A stretch of 64,000 bases of DNA from a bacterium (GCA_965202625.1 CBDBBI010000010.1:2400001-2464000), one strand, 5' to 3'. Shown: positions 44,428 through 55,561, numbered from the stretch's first letter. Made by a program: numbers and translations. The notes: generated by a model not told the origin, from the sequence alone.

Positions 44428-45204
44428 ATGGGATTTTCTGTGCCTAGGACGCCCGACTATTTTGTGGGCAAAACTATCGTCATCACCGGCGCGGCCAGCG
44501 GTATTGGCAAGGAGACCGCCCTCATATTCGGGCGCGAGGGGGCGAACGTCCTCTGTGCGGACATGAACGAGGCGGGCGCGGCCGATGCGGCCGAGGGGGT
44601 TTCCAAAAAAGGGGGCCGGGGCGTTCATATGCGAGTGGACGTCACCTCGCGCGAGCAGGTGTTCGCCATGGTACGGCGCGCCAAGGAGCGATTCGGCCGG
44701 GTGGATTTCGCGTTGAATTCCGCCGGCGCCGCCTTTCGGTCTTCCGATTTTTTGGGCATTGATGAGGAACTTTTGCAACGAACGTTCGACCTCAACGTCA
44801 AGGGCGTTTTCTACAGCATGCAGGCCGTTCTTCCCGAGATGTTGGAAAACGGCAAGGGCGTCATCGTCAACATGGGCAGCATGGCCCATCGAGGGGGGGG
44901 GGGGGGGCGCGCGGTTCACTACGCGGCGACCAAGGGTGCCGTGGTGACGATGAGCATGGGCGTGGGTCGCGAATACGCCGACAGGGGCATCCGGTGCATG
45001 TCCATATCACCGGGGGCCATCGAAACGCCGTTTTATGACGTTTCCCCTTCTCCGCCCAAGGAGTATTTGATGGATCGGATACCGATGGGCCGCTACGGCA
45101 GGCCGGAGGAGATTGGCGAGCTGGTGTTGTTCATCTGCTCCGACGCGTGTGAGTTCATGACGGCGGACTCGATATTGGTGAACGGCGGTGCGGGATGGAA
45201 GTAG
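44428..45204 (+). CDS. SDR oxidoreductase
   Basis: TGAASGIG, YAATKGA, IPMGRYG, VNGG. Confidence 0.9.
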   Translation: MGFSVPRTPDYFVGKTIVITGAASGIGKETALIFGREGANVLCADMNEAGAADAAEGVSKKGGRGVHMRVDVTSREQVFAMVRRAKERFGRVDFALNSAGAAFRSSDFLGIDEELLQRTFDLNVKGVFYSMQAVLPEMLENGKGVIVNMGSMAHRGGGGGRAVHYAATKGAVVTMSMGVGREYADRGIRCMSISPGAIETPFYDVSPSPPKEYLMDRIPMGRYGRPEEIGELVLFICSDACEFMTADSILVNGGAGWK

Positions 45205-45205
45205 C

Positions 45206-45430
45206 CTACTTTCTGGAGAAAAGGTTCATCAGTATTGTCAAGACGACGCTGATGACGATGCAGGTTACCACCGGAAAATAAAGACTCCAGTTTTTTCCGC
45301 GCAGATGAATGTCGCCGGGCAGCTTCCCGAGAAATGGAATCTTGGGCGCCACGAGAAACACGACGCCGACCGCCGCCAGGATCGCGCCGAGCAGTATGAG
45401 CGTTTTCCCTAAGCCGCTGAGGTGCTCCAT
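45206..45430 (-). CDS. DUF2905 small membrane protein
   Basis: LGKLPGDI, YFPVVTCIVISVVLT; usual position downstream of ruvB. Confidence 0.85.
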   Translation of the reverse strand: MEHLSGLGKTLILLGAILAAVGVVFLVAPKIPFLGKLPGDIHLRGKNWSLYFPVVTCIVISVVLTILMNLFSRK

Positions 45431-45474
45431 CTGAGAGGATCTCTCCCTATACGGGTTTAATCGGTTTCATCACG

Positions 45475-46512
45475 TTACGTGCCGCCGTCCCAGAGATCCT
45501 GCTGGGTGCCTTTTGGGGGCGCGATTCCAAGGTGCGCATAGGCGGCCGGTGCCGCGCGTCTCCCCCCCCGCGTGCGCTGCACGAAGCCCGTGCGCAACAG
45601 GAAGGGCTCCACCATGTCCGCCAGCGTCTCGGATTCCTCGTTCATGCTGGCGGCGATGGCCTCCACGCCCACAGGGCCGCCGCCGTATTGCTCCACGATC
45701 GTTCTGAGGTATTTCCTGTCCAATGCGTCGAGACCGGTTTCGTCCACCCCCTCCATGGCGAGCGCCTCGCGCGTGGTGGAGAGGCCGATGGCACCATCGC
45801 CTCGCGCCTGGCTGAAATCGCGCGTCCAGAGCAGGAGCCTGTTCGCTGTTCGCGGAGTGCCCCGGCTTCTGCGGGCGAGTTCGCGCGCCGCCCCTTTTTC
45901 TATCGGCGCGTCCAGGCGCGCCGCGCTTCGTAACAAAATATGCTCCAGCTCTTGCTCAGAGTAGAAATCTACGTGATAGACCAGATAGAAGCGTTCTCTG
46001 AGGGCGGCGGTCAGGGAGCCGGGGCGCGTCGTGGCGCCCACCGTCGTGAACGTTTTTAGGGGAAAATTGATGGTGCGCGCCATGGGGCCCTGATCCACTA
46101 CGAAGTCCACGCGATAGTCCTCCATGGCGGGATAGAGGAATTCTTCCACCGCGCTGGGCATTCGGTGAATCTCGTCGATGAACAAAACGTCGCCCTGCTG
46201 GAGCCCCGTGAGGATGCCCATCAAGTCGGCCGGTCTGGATAGGGAGGGGCCGGAGGTTTTCACGAGGCGGGCGCCCATCTCCTCGGAGATGATGTGGGAG
46301 AGCGTAGTTTTTCCGAGACCGGGAGGTCCATGGAACAGGATGTGGCCTACGGGTTCGTCTCTTATTCGTGAGGCTTCGAGCGCGATTCGGAGCTTGGCCA
46401 CGAGGCCGGTCTGACCCACGTATTCCTCAAGTCTCCTCGGCCGAAGCGACGTGAACGTTTTCTCCTCCTCTGGGCTTGCCGCCCTTGCGCTCACGCGCCG
46501 CTGAATGACCAT
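45475..46512 (-). CDS. ruvB: Holliday junction branch-migration helicase
   Basis: SLRP..EYVGQ, GPPGLGKTTL, FIDEIHR, RSRGTPR, GGGPVG. Confidence 0.96.
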   Translation of the reverse strand: MVIQRRVSARAASPEEEKTFTSLRPRRLEEYVGQTGLVAKLRIALEASRIRDEPVGHILFHGPPGLGKTTLSHIISEEMGARLVKTSGPSLSRPADLMGILTGLQQGDVLFIDEIHRMPSAVEEFLYPAMEDYRVDFVVDQGPMARTINFPLKTFTTVGATTRPGSLTAALRERFYLVYHVDFYSEQELEHILLRSAARLDAPIEKGAARELARRSRGTPRTANRLLLWTRDFSQARGDGAIGLSTTREALAMEGVDETGLDALDRKYLRTIVEQYGGGPVGVEAIAASMNEESETLADMVEPFLLRTGFVQRTRGGRRAAPAAYAHLGIAPPKGTQQDLWDGGT

Positions 46513-46531
46513 TTTGTCTCCCGCCTCCTTG

Positions 46532-47167
46532 CTATTTGCTCAGGCGAAATACTTCCTGCAGGATGGCCTCGGCCTCCGCGTCCGTCCCCAGCGTCGCGAG
46601 CGCGCGCTCCATGAGATTCTCCGCCTCGGGCGTTCGGTATCCCAACTGTCCGACCAAAACGGCCATGACGTCCGCGTGAAGGGGCGCTGCCTCGTGACGC
46701 TCGACCAGGGGAAGCGCGGGCTCCCGCGCCAGTTGAAGCGCCGCGATTTCTTCTCTGAGTTTCGAGATCACCTGATCTGCTTTTTTCTTTCCGATGCCCG
46801 GCAACTTTGTGAGCAGCGCGGTGTTTGCCGCCACGATGGCCTCGGCGATTTGAAGAGGAGGGAGGCTCATCGCTCGGACCGCGCTTTTGGGACTGATGCC
46901 GGGCACCTTGATGAAGCACAGGAAAAACGCCCTCTCCTCCGCTGACAGGAAGCCCACCAGTCGAGGCAAAAGCTGACCTGTGGCCACGTTTCCTTCCAGG
47001 TAATGATGGGTGTGGAGCTCTGCAGCCTCGCGCGCGTCCATGAGCGCCTGCAGCTCGTGAACCGCGTATCCGCCCACCTGCATTTCGTAAGAGATGCCGG
47101 ACGGTGTTTTCAGAATGACGCTTTCGCCCTGAACGTTGAGGATCTCTCCTGAGATTTGGCGAATCAT
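46532..47167 (-). CDS. ruvA: Holliday junction DNA-binding protein
   Basis: HhH motifs KVPGISPK and KLPGIGKKKA, LGY C-domain; operon position. Confidence 0.9.
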   Translation of the reverse strand: MIRQISGEILNVQGESVILKTPSGISYEMQVGGYAVHELQALMDAREAAELHTHHYLEGNVATGQLLPRLVGFLSAEERAFFLCFIKVPGISPKSAVRAMSLPPLQIAEAIVAANTALLTKLPGIGKKKADQVISKLREEIAALQLAREPALPLVERHEAAPLHADVMAVLVGQLGYRTPEAENLMERALATLGTDAEAEAILQEVFRLSK

Positions 47168-47703
47168 GCGCTTCTCCCGACGGACTGTGTGCTTCTGAAG
47201 TGGTTTCGCTCGACGTGGCAGTATGCTGCTGCGATGGCGTCGGCCAAATCCGCAGGCTCAGGGGGATCGGCGAGTCCCATTCGGCGCTGGGTCATCTGCT
47301 GAACCTGTTTCTTTGTGGCGTGTCCGGTACCAACGAGCGATTTTTTGATTTCTGTGGCTGCATAGCTGGCCACCGTAACGTTGGCTTCCGAGGCGGCGAG
47401 CAAGATAACCCCCCGCGCGTGTCCCATGATGATGGAAGTGCGCGGGTGGTTGTAGTGGCTGTAAAGGTTTTCCACCGCCATGACGTTGGGTTTGTGCGTC
47501 TCGATGATGCGCGAAAGATCCTTGTGCAGTTCATGCAGGCGCGTCTCGATGGGTGCCCTTGAGTTGTTCTTGAGCACGCCGCCCTCAATGAGACACGGCT
47601 CTTGATTGATTGCGTCCAGGTCCAACGTCAAAAGAGCGTAACCCGTGACGCCCAGGCCGGGGTCGACGCCCAGAACGCGAAACGTGTTTTCAGGTTGCGG
47701 CAA
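47164..47703 (-). CDS. ruvC: crossover junction endodeoxyribonuclease
   Basis: VLGVDPGL, MAVE, GHARG, IKKSLVGTGHATKKQV, DLADAIA. Confidence 0.93.
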   Translation of the reverse strand: MPQPENTFRVLGVDPGLGVTGYALLTLDLDAINQEPCLIEGGVLKNNSRAPIETRLHELHKDLSRIIETHKPNVMAVENLYSHYNHPRTSIIMGHARGVILLAASEANVTVASYAATEIKKSLVGTGHATKKQVQQMTQRRMGLADPPEPADLADAIAAAYCHVERNHFRSTQSVGRSA

Positions 47704-47728
47704 AGAATCACCCCACGGGCGGTGGTGT

Positions 47729-48484
47729 TCAGGTTGACGCGGACACTTGCGCCATCTGCTCCTCGGAGATGTCGAAATTGGCGTAGATGTTCTGAACGTC
47801 GTCGTTGTCCTCGAGTGCCTCCATCAAACGAAGCATTTGCTCCGCCTCCCTTCCCGTAAGATGCACCGTTGATTTGGGCAGCATGGTGAGCTCGGCGGAT
47901 TCCACCTGAACGTCGCGCTCCTCCAGTGCCTCGCGCACGGATTCAAACGCGTCCGGCGAGGTATGGATTTCGAACGACTCATCGGCGGGTTCCAGATCGT
48001 ACGCCCCCGCTTCCAGTGCCAGTTCGATGAGCGATTCCTCATCAACGCCTTCCTGGGAAATCAGGAAAAGTCCTTTTTTTTCAAAGTTCCACGCCACGGC
48101 GTTCGGTTCCGCCATGGCACCGTTGTTTTTCGTCAAAATATGGCGGACTTCCGCGCCCGTTCGGTTGCGATTGTCCGTCAGCACCGATATGAGGATGCCC
48201 ACGCCATTGGGGCCGTAGCCCTCGTAGACGCCTTCTTCATAATTCACGCCCTCCAGATCGCCCGTGCCCTTGGCGATGGCGCGCGTGATATTCTCCTGGG
48301 GCATATTGGCCCCTTTCGCCGTCTGAATGGCTGTTCTCAAGCGGGGGTTTCCATCCGGATCTCCACCTCCCTGCTTGGCGGCGATGGTGATTTCCTTGAT
48401 GAGTTTTGTGAATATCTTGCCGCGTTTGGCGTCGAGCGCGCCTTTTTTTCGCTTTATCGTGCTCCACTTGGAATGACCGGACAT
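47729..48484 (-). CDS. yebC: YebC/PmpR family protein
   Basis: [33 protein letters not shown]. Confidence 0.95.
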   Translation of the reverse strand: MSGHSKWSTIKRKKGALDAKRGKIFTKLIKEITIAAKQGGGDPDGNPRLRTAIQTAKGANMPQENITRAIAKGTGDLEGVNYEEGVYEGYGPNGVGILISVLTDNRNRTGAEVRHILTKNNGAMAEPNAVAWNFEKKGLFLISQEGVDEESLIELALEAGAYDLEPADESFEIHTSPDAFESVREALEERDVQVESAELTMLPKSTVHLTGREAEQMLRLMEALEDNDDVQNIYANFDISEEQMAQVSAST

Positions 48485-48734
48485 GATGCGGCCCTCCTGT
48501 GACTCTCATGCGGCCGCGCGAATCTTCGGTCCCGCTGAGGGTGTTCGTTTTTAATGCAAATTCTCACTATATTTTCTAGCATGGGGGCTCATGGGAGTAA
48601 AGACGTGAATGGGCCGCAGGGGAGCCAGGCGCCCACAAAACGCTTGATGGACACTCTCGTGATGAAGTGATATCTTCTCGCCAAACGTATCCGGAGGAGG
48701 ATGAGCGCTGCGGTCTGAAAGAACGGTATTTTCG

Positions 48735-49697
48735 GTGAATCCCTTTGAGAGGGGCGTGCGTACCCTTCAGATTGAAGCGGAGGCGTTGTCCGGGCTTGTT
48801 GAACGCCTGGATGATGAATTCATCAAGGCGGTTGACGTCGTTCTCCAGTGTCGGGGGAGGGTCGCAGTTACCGGCATGGGGAAGAGTGGACTGATCGGGC
48901 AAAAAATTTCCGCCACCCTCGCGAGCACGGGGACGCTCTCCTATTTTCTTCATCCCGCCGAGGGCGTTCACGGCGATTTGGGCATGGTGACGAAGGACGA
49001 CGTCGTCGTCGCGCTCTCCTACAGCGGCGAGACGGATGAGTTGGTGCGCATCCTGCCTGTTTTCGCCCGTCTGGGCGCTCCCCTGATCGCTATCACTGGA
49101 AGGGAGAATTCCACGCTGGGGCGAGAGGCGCGCGCCGTGTTGAACGTTTTTGTGAAAGAAGAGGCCTGCCCGATTCAGCTGGCGCCCACGGCGAGCAGCA
49201 CCGCCGCCCTGGCCATGGGAGACGCGCTTGCGATGGCTGTTCTGGAGGCAAGGGGATTTCAGCCAGAGGATTTTGCCCGCCTTCACCCCGGAGGTTCTCT
49301 GGGAAAAAAACTGATTCGCGTCAAGAAGTTGATGGTCTCGGGAGATGACGTCCCGCAGGTGGACGAGGCGGTTTCGCTCGCTCGGCTCGTGCGTGAGATA
49401 AGTGCCAAAAAACTGGGGATGACGTGCGTGTTGGGTGCGGACCGAGAACTGGTGGGCGTCATTACGGACGGGGATTTAAGACGCGCGCTGGAGAAAACCG
49501 AGGGATTGTCCGACATGACCGCCAAAGATTTGGTGACGCCCAACCCCAGGACGATCGATGGCGATGACATGGCGGCCGCGGCGATTCAGCTGATGGAAGC
49601 GAATGCCATCACGTCCTTGGTGGTCACCTATGGCGCGCGGAAGCGTTTGGCGGGCGTGGTGCATCTACACCATCTGTTGCGCGCTGGAGTCGTGTAG
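48735..49697 (+). CDS. kdsD: arabinose-5-phosphate isomerase (KpsF/GutQ; SIS plus CBS domains)
   Basis: TGMGKSG, HPAEGVHGDLG, LAPTASS, HPGGSLG, TDGDLRR. Confidence 0.92.
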   Translation: MNPFERGVRTLQIEAEALSGLVERLDDEFIKAVDVVLQCRGRVAVTGMGKSGLIGQKISATLASTGTLSYFLHPAEGVHGDLGMVTKDDVVVALSYSGETDELVRILPVFARLGAPLIAITGRENSTLGREARAVLNVFVKEEACPIQLAPTASSTAALAMGDALAMAVLEARGFQPEDFARLHPGGSLGKKLIRVKKLMVSGDDVPQVDEAVSLARLVREISAKKLGMTCVLGADRELVGVITDGDLRRALEKTEGLSDMTAKDLVTPNPRTIDGDDMAAAAIQLMEANAITSLVVTYGARKRLAGVVHLHHLLRAGVV

Positions 49698-49759
49698 CTC
49701 TCCCCCGTTCTCTGATTTACAAGGAAACTCTTCGCGTCTTTTGGGTGGCGCGCGGTGCC

Positions 49760-50503
49760 TCATTCCCATCCTGAGGGCCCAAAAACCAGAAGAGCGATCG
49801 CTCCCGCTATCATCAGACCCAGACCGCTCGCGTAGCCGAGAGCGGGAGAGATACGGCCACGAAGCAGCCTTCCCAGAAGAAATCCAGCGACGGCGGGCAG
49901 GATCGACACGGCGGAGCGCGCGGACTCGGCGGGCCCCAGTGCGCCGGCGCCGCTCAGCACGGCTACCTGAACGCTCGCGAACGCCAGCGCGCTGGTATAC
50001 ATCAGCCGCATCATTCGAGCGCGGCCCGCGCCCAGACTATCGAGATATATGACGCTCAATGCACCGCCGGAGAAGGAAAAACCGCTCAGGCCGCCCGCGA
50101 AGAACCCGGCGACGTAGGAGAAGAAAGTCTCATCGCGCATGTCGAGTTGTATTCGTTGACGCGAGACGCTGTAGACGGCGAACAACAAGACGATGACGCT
50201 CGCCGCCCATTTAAGGAAGGTGGGCGGACTCGATATGAGGACCAACGCGCCTGCGCCAACCCCCACCGCGCCTGCGCCGAGAAAAGGCATGAGGCGCCGG
50301 AGCGACGTGGAGGGAACGCCGCCCCCCATCGCTCGAATCGCCATCAGAATGAGGTTCGGAAGCGAGAGGATGAGCACGGAATCCCGTACCCCGATGAGGG
50401 AGGCCAGCATCGGCGTGGCCGCCAGGCCGAAGTCGATTCCGGCGGCTCCCTCCAGAAGGGCAGCGGCGAATATGAGAAGCGCGATATCCCAGGATGGCCA
50501 CAT
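49760..50503 (-). CDS. TauE/SafE (TSUP) family exporter
   Basis: Multi-TM protein; GAAGIDFGL..P and GFFAGGLSG...GG repeat pattern. Confidence 0.7.
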   Translation of the reverse strand: MWPSWDIALLIFAAALLEGAAGIDFGLAATPMLASLIGVRDSVLILSLPNLILMAIRAMGGGVPSTSLRRLMPFLGAGAVGVGAGALVLISSPPTFLKWAASVIVLLFAVYSVSRQRIQLDMRDETFFSYVAGFFAGGLSGFSFSGGALSVIYLDSLGAGRARMMRLMYTSALAFASVQVAVLSGAGALGPAESARSAVSILPAVAGFLLGRLLRGRISPALGYASGLGLMIAGAIALLVFGPSGWE

Positions 50504-50521
50504 GGGTTCAGCGGCGTCCAG

Positions 50522-51505
50522 CTACAGGTTCAACAGGGCTTGAATGTTTTTGTGGGACACGTTCTCGTATTCTTCCTGGCTCAACCCGGATTTTTGAAGC
50601 GTCTCGACTATCTGGACGTCCGTCATGTCGTAGGGCAGGTCCGTGCCCAGCACAACTCGCTCGCCGCCCATGACGTCCACGAGGAAGCGGACGACGGGCG
50701 GGTGAAACACCAGCATGTCCAGATAGAAGTTCGACCTGAGATATTCGAGGGGGGGGCGCGATATTTTTTTACACTCCGGCCGCACCTTCCAGCCGTGTGC
50801 GAAGCGACCGACGAGATAGGGCACAGTTCCTCCGCCGTGCAGGAATATGAATCGCAAGTCCGGCAACCTGTCGAATAAGCCGGAGAAAATGAGGCGGCCG
50901 ATGCTGTTCGCGCTCTCCGTGGGGAATCCGACCAGGTTGAACAAGTGGTAATCCTTCATCTGCTCCTTGCCCGCCGGGTTGGCCGGGTGAACGATGATCG
51001 GCACTTTCATCTCCGCGGCCGCTTCGTAGAGCGGATAAAAACGCTCATCATCCAGATATCGGCCGTTCACGTTCGTGCCCAGAAAACCACCCTTCAATCC
51101 GAGTGCGTTGATGGCGCGCTCGAGCTCCTTCACCGAGAGGGAGACGTTTTGGGCGGGCAGGGCGGCCAGGGCGTGGAATTTATCCGGATGTTTTTCAACG
51201 ATGCTGGCGTAGGCGTCGTTCGCCGCCTGGGAGAGTTCGTTGGCCAGGCCATCATCCGCCCAGTACACGCCCGGGTTTGATGAGAACGACAGGACGTTCA
51301 TGTCCAGATTCATCTCGTCCATGGTTTTGAGCCGTAACTCCACGCTGGTGAAAGGCTCCAGGGGCGGGTGCGTCATACCCTTGATGTCTAAGCGGCGCGC
51401 GCCTTTCTCGTCGGTGAAGAATCTGACGCCGTATCGTGGACCCTCTTTCTCTATAATTTCCAAGTATTCATCGGGATATATGTGGCAATGGGCGTCAATG
51501 TGCAT
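50522..51505 (-). CDS. amidohydrolase_2 family (ACMSD-like decarboxylase/hydrolase)
   Basis: IDAHCH, IVHP, LHGGGTVPY, GTDLPY. Confidence 0.87.
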   Translation of the reverse strand: MHIDAHCHIYPDEYLEIIEKEGPRYGVRFFTDEKGARRLDIKGMTHPPLEPFTSVELRLKTMDEMNLDMNVLSFSSNPGVYWADDGLANELSQAANDAYASIVEKHPDKFHALAALPAQNVSLSVKELERAINALGLKGGFLGTNVNGRYLDDERFYPLYEAAAEMKVPIIVHPANPAGKEQMKDYHLFNLVGFPTESANSIGRLIFSGLFDRLPDLRFIFLHGGGTVPYLVGRFAHGWKVRPECKKISRPPLEYLRSNFYLDMLVFHPPVVRFLVDVMGGERVVLGTDLPYDMTDVQIVETLQKSGLSQEEYENVSHKNIQALLNL

Positions 51506-51754
51506 TCTCTCCGTCTCCGCGCCTGGAGGGGGGCAAACCCGATAGTTAGCACCCGTAGACGAGGGGTGTCAACGATGGATCAAGGACGCTTGAATACATC
51601 TTTTGCGGGTTGAAGGATTTTTCCATCTGTTTTGTTTTCGTTTATCGCGTCGTTCACGCGCTTTCGCCGCGTTGCGCGCGTCTGTGACGGTGTGTGCGAT
51701 GAGGGTTTTGTGTTTTCCGATACCCGAGAAAGGGAGGGTGCGAGCGAAGTCCAT

Positions 51755-52537
51755 TCAAGGCTTGACGGCTTTGATGGTCGCACTCTCCAGGTTGGGTGCT
51801 GCATAGGGTTTTCGGTTTATGATTTCCACCTCGACGAAACCGGCCTCGTGCAATCCGGCCACATAGGCGTCGTCTCGAATGGCACCGGCAGCACAGGCGC
51901 ACCAATCCTTGATGAAAGCCTCCCCTAAAGGCCCGGCCGCTTCGTCTTCCATGGGTTTTTGGGCCGCCCTGATGACGTCTGAGACCGCGAACCGACCGCC
52001 TGTGCGCAACACGCGAAAGGATTCCCGAAACACGGCGGATTTGTCCGGTGAGAGATTGATCACGCAATTGCTGATGAGAACGTCGACCTTACCGTCTTCA
52101 ATCGGCATGTTCTCCATGTCCCCCTTTCGGAACGAGACGTTTCGAAAGGCCAAGATTCGTCTGCTCTCCTCCGCCCTTTCCAGCATGGCGTCCGTCATGT
52201 CCAAACCGATGACGCTTCCCCGAGGCCCCACCTCCTTCGCGGCGAGAAAACAATCGAGACCCGCACCCGACCCTAAGTCCAGGACCGTCTCGCCCGGTTG
52301 CGGGCGGGCGTTCAATATGGGGTTTCCGCACCCTGCGTTGGAGGTGAGAACGTCATCGGGAAGCTGCCGAACGGCCTCTTTTGGGTAGCCTATGGCTTCG
52401 ACGTTTCCCGCGCCCGTGGGCGCACTGACGCTCTCGTCCCCGCAACAGCAGGAAACCTCTCCGGCTGCTACCTTCGCGTAGAGATCGCACACGGCGTTTT
52501 TTATGCGTCCCTCCTCATCACAACACCATGAGGACAT
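51755..52537 (-). CDS. arsM: arsenite S-adenosylmethyltransferase
   Basis: GCGNP, LDLGSGAGLD, ISNCVINLSPDK, WCACAAGA, Cys-rich N-terminus; start taken at MSSWCC. Confidence 0.85.
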   Translation of the reverse strand: MSSWCCDEEGRIKNAVCDLYAKVAAGEVSCCCGDESVSAPTGAGNVEAIGYPKEAVRQLPDDVLTSNAGCGNPILNARPQPGETVLDLGSGAGLDCFLAAKEVGPRGSVIGLDMTDAMLERAEESRRILAFRNVSFRKGDMENMPIEDGKVDVLISNCVINLSPDKSAVFRESFRVLRTGGRFAVSDVIRAAQKPMEDEAAGPLGEAFIKDWCACAAGAIRDDAYVAGLHEAGFVEVEIINRKPYAAPNLESATIKAVKP

Positions 52538-52804
52538 GGATGAGAACCTCCTCGCGCGTGACGTGCGCAGACCCCCTTGAACGCAGGCAGGATAGCAAGA
52601 ATGCGGAGGAGCGGGAAAGCGCAAAGCGGGGTTTCGCGCGCACTCGATAGCAACGATCAAATAGAGGGGGAGAATACCGAAGACGGAGCGTCGCTCGAAT
52701 GGTCTGGCGGGTGGCTGAAATGATGGATGCGCAGTTGCGGGAAAATCGTTCTCGTGCAAACTTGGGCCAGAAATGTCCCATTTCCTTTTTGCTTGTGTTG
52801 AGAC

Positions 52805-55561
52805 ATGACGAAAGAGAAAAAACAGATCTATCTGATCGACGGTTCCGGGTATATGTTCAGGGCCTACTTCGCCATGATGCGCCAGCGCCTCTCGAACTCA
52901 AAAGGAACCCCCACGGGCGCCACCCTCGCTTTCACCCGAATGCTTTTGAAGGTGATTCGGGAGCGAGCGCCCGAATACGTCGCCATCGCCTTCGATCGTC
53001 CCGAACGCACCTTTCGCCACGATATCTACCCTGCCTACAAGGCGAACCGAGATGCCGCGCCTGAGGATTTGGTCGAGCAAATCCCCTACATGCACCGCGT
53101 CGTTGAGGCGTTGCGCATTCCCCTTCTTGCCCAGGCAGGGTTCGAGGCGGACGACATTGTCGGGACCCTGGCCGCGCGGGCGGAGCGGGAGGGCTACGAC
53201 GTGATTCTGGTGACGGCCGACAAGGATTTCGCTCAGCTCGTCTCCGAGAGCGTGCGCATTTGGGATCCGATGAAGGATGAGGAGATGGGGCCTGCGGAGG
53301 TCGAAGCTAAATGGGGCGTGCCTCCGGAGAAATTCGTGGACCTCCAGGCACTCATGGGAGATACTACGGACAACGTTCCGGGCGTTCCAGGCATCGGAGA
53401 AAAAACTGCCGCCGCGCTCATTCAACAGTTCGGCGGATTCGATGAAATCCTCGCCTCCACGGCAGAAATCAAGCGGCCCAAGCAGCGGGAGAGCATCAAG
53501 GAAAACGTGGAGATAGCGAGAATTTCCCGCGCGCTTTGCACCATCAAACGTGACTTGCCGCTTGAGGGAGACCTTGAGTCGTGTCGCTTGGGTGACGCCG
53601 ATTTTGAGGCAAGCAGGAAACTCTTCCTGGACGAGCTGGAGTTTAAGAGGGATTTCATGGAGGAGCTTCCTGGATACGGCGCGTCCGGCCAAGAGGAGGA
53701 CGCGCCCGAGGAGACGACCTCTCCATCCGGGACGGACGAGAGCGACTACCACGTCGTCCGAACGCTCAAGGAGCTGAAATCCGCCTTGAGGGAGCTGGAG
53801 AGAGCGGGGCGTTTCGCGTTCGACCTGGAGACCACCTCGCTCGACCCAATGAAGGCGCGCATTGTGGGTTTGAGCCTGTCCGCCAGCCCGGGACGCGCGT
53901 TTTACGTCCCCGTGGGCCATGAAACCGTGGATTCCGGCCCCCAGCTTCGGCTGGAGGACGTGTTAGAGGAAGCCTCTCGCTTGTTGGAATCGCCCACGGT
54001 TGAGAAAATCGGACAGAACGTCAAATACGACGTCGCGGTGCTGGAGGAAAATGGATACGGTGTTCGCGGCCCTTTGTTCGACACCATGCTCGCTTCCTAT
54101 CTCCTACGCTCGGACCACACGGCTTTGGGCGCCGGTCGAACGCGGCATGGGATAGACCATCTGGCGCAAGAGTTTTTCGGGATCAGGACGATAAAGTATG
54201 CTGATCTTTGCGGGAAGGGCGTCAAGGAAATCCCGTTCTCGCACGTCCCTATTGACGCGGCGGCGCCTTACGCCTGCCAGGATGCAGACCTCGCCTATCG
54301 TTTGGCTGAAGTGATGGCCCCGCAGCTGCGAGACGCTGGCCTGATGAATCTTTTCGAGGAACTGGAAATTCCTCTCCTGCGCGTTTTGATCGACATGGAG
54401 CGCGCGGGCATTCGTCTGGATCAGGACTTGTTGCAAAACATGGGGAAGGAGCTCGAAGCGCGTCTTGCGGGAATGAGAGATCATATCCACGAGCTGGCGG
54501 GTGAGGAATTCAACGTCAATTCCACCCAGCAGCTCAGGGTCATCCTGTTTGAGAAACTGAACCTTCCGGTGATCAAAAAAACGAAGACCGGCGCTTCCAC
54601 CGACATCGACACGCTTCAGAAACTCGCGCCCCAGCATCCCTTGCCCCAGGAGATTTTAAGTTTCAGGCAACTCTTCAAGCTCAAGAGCACCTATGTCGAT
54701 ACCTTACCCGAGCTGGTGAATCCGGACACGGGCCGCATCCACGCGCGCTTCAACCAAACCGTCGCCGCCACGGGCCGACTGAGCAGCTCTGACCCCAATT
54801 TGCAGAACATCCCCGTCCGAACAGACTTGGGCCGTCAGATACGCCAAGCTTTCCTGCCCGAGGAAGGGTGGAAACTTCTCTCTGCGGATTACAGCCAGAT
54901 AGAACTCAGGGTTTTGGCGCATTTTACGAACGATACGGCCCTCGTCGACGCTTTCGGCAAGGGGGAGGACATTCACGCCACGACCGCCTCCGCCGTCTAT
55001 GGCGTACCGCTCGACGAGGTGAACTCCGAGATGCGCCGCGTCGCCAAGGCGGTGAATTTCGGCATCATATATGGGCAGGGCGCTTTTGGTCTTTCCCAAG
55101 CCATCGGCATCCCTCAGTCCGAGGCGCGCTCGTTCATCGAAACCTACTTCGAGCGCTTCGCCAGCGTGCCCGCCTTCGTGGACGGGACCATCGAGGATGG
55201 AAGGATGCGCGGTTATGTCTCCACCATCATGGGGCGGCGGCGGTATTTGCCTGATCTGAACAGCCGAAATCGTAATTTGAAGAACGCCGCCGAACGAACG
55301 GCGGTGAACTCCGTCATCCAGGGCAGCGCAGCCGATATCATCAAGCGGGCGATGATAGCTATTGCGGCTCGGCTCAACAGAGAAAGGAGAGAGGCGCGAA
55401 TGCTCGTGCAGGTGCACGATGAACTTCTGTTCGAAATACCGCCCCGGGAGGTCGAGAGCGTCGCCGCCCTGGTTGAGGAGGAGATGAAGGGCGCGATGCG
55501 CCTTCACGTTCCTATCGAGGTGGACGTGAGCGCGGGCAAGAATTGGGGCGCTTTGAAGTAG
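52805..55561 (+). CDS. polA: DNA polymerase I
   Basis: 5'-3' exo (LIDGSG, EADD), 3'-5' exo (DLETT, YACQDAD), polymerase motifs TGRLSS, DYSQIELR, QVHDEL. Confidence 0.97.
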   Translation: MTKEKKQIYLIDGSGYMFRAYFAMMRQRLSNSKGTPTGATLAFTRMLLKVIRERAPEYVAIAFDRPERTFRHDIYPAYKANRDAAPEDLVEQIPYMHRVVEALRIPLLAQAGFEADDIVGTLAARAEREGYDVILVTADKDFAQLVSESVRIWDPMKDEEMGPAEVEAKWGVPPEKFVDLQALMGDTTDNVPGVPGIGEKTAAALIQQFGGFDEILASTAEIKRPKQRESIKENVEIARISRALCTIKRDLPLEGDLESCRLGDADFEASRKLFLDELEFKRDFMEELPGYGASGQEEDAPEETTSPSGTDESDYHVVRTLKELKSALRELERAGRFAFDLETTSLDPMKARIVGLSLSASPGRAFYVPVGHETVDSGPQLRLEDVLEEASRLLESPTVEKIGQNVKYDVAVLEENGYGVRGPLFDTMLASYLLRSDHTALGAGRTRHGIDHLAQEFFGIRTIKYADLCGKGVKEIPFSHVPIDAAAPYACQDADLAYRLAEVMAPQLRDAGLMNLFEELEIPLLRVLIDMERAGIRLDQDLLQNMGKELEARLAGMRDHIHELAGEEFNVNSTQQLRVILFEKLNLPVIKKTKTGASTDIDTLQKLAPQHPLPQEILSFRQLFKLKSTYVDTLPELVNPDTGRIHARFNQTVAATGRLSSSDPNLQNIPVRTDLGRQIRQAFLPEEGWKLLSADYSQIELRVLAHFTNDTALVDAFGKGEDIHATTASAVYGVPLDEVNSEMRRVAKAVNFGIIYGQGAFGLSQAIGIPQSEARSFIETYFERFASVPAFVDGTIEDGRMRGYVSTIMGRRRYLPDLNSRNRNLKNAAERTAVNSVIQGSAADIIKRAMIAIAARLNRERREARMLVQVHDELLFEIPPREVESVAALVEEEMKGAMRLHVPIEVDVSAGKNWGALK

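Noticed and set aside
44893-44906. Long poly-G run in the SDR gene (and G-run at ~2433) as a phase-variation tract
   Set aside because: Both genes are in frame (Gly runs) and are metabolic rather than surface genes; no evidence of slippage without read data
51569-51757. Sec read-through of the arsM TGA into the in-frame 61-aa ORF
   Set aside because: ATIKAVKP is a normal ArsM C-terminus, the catalytic positions are already Cys, and there is no convincing SECIS
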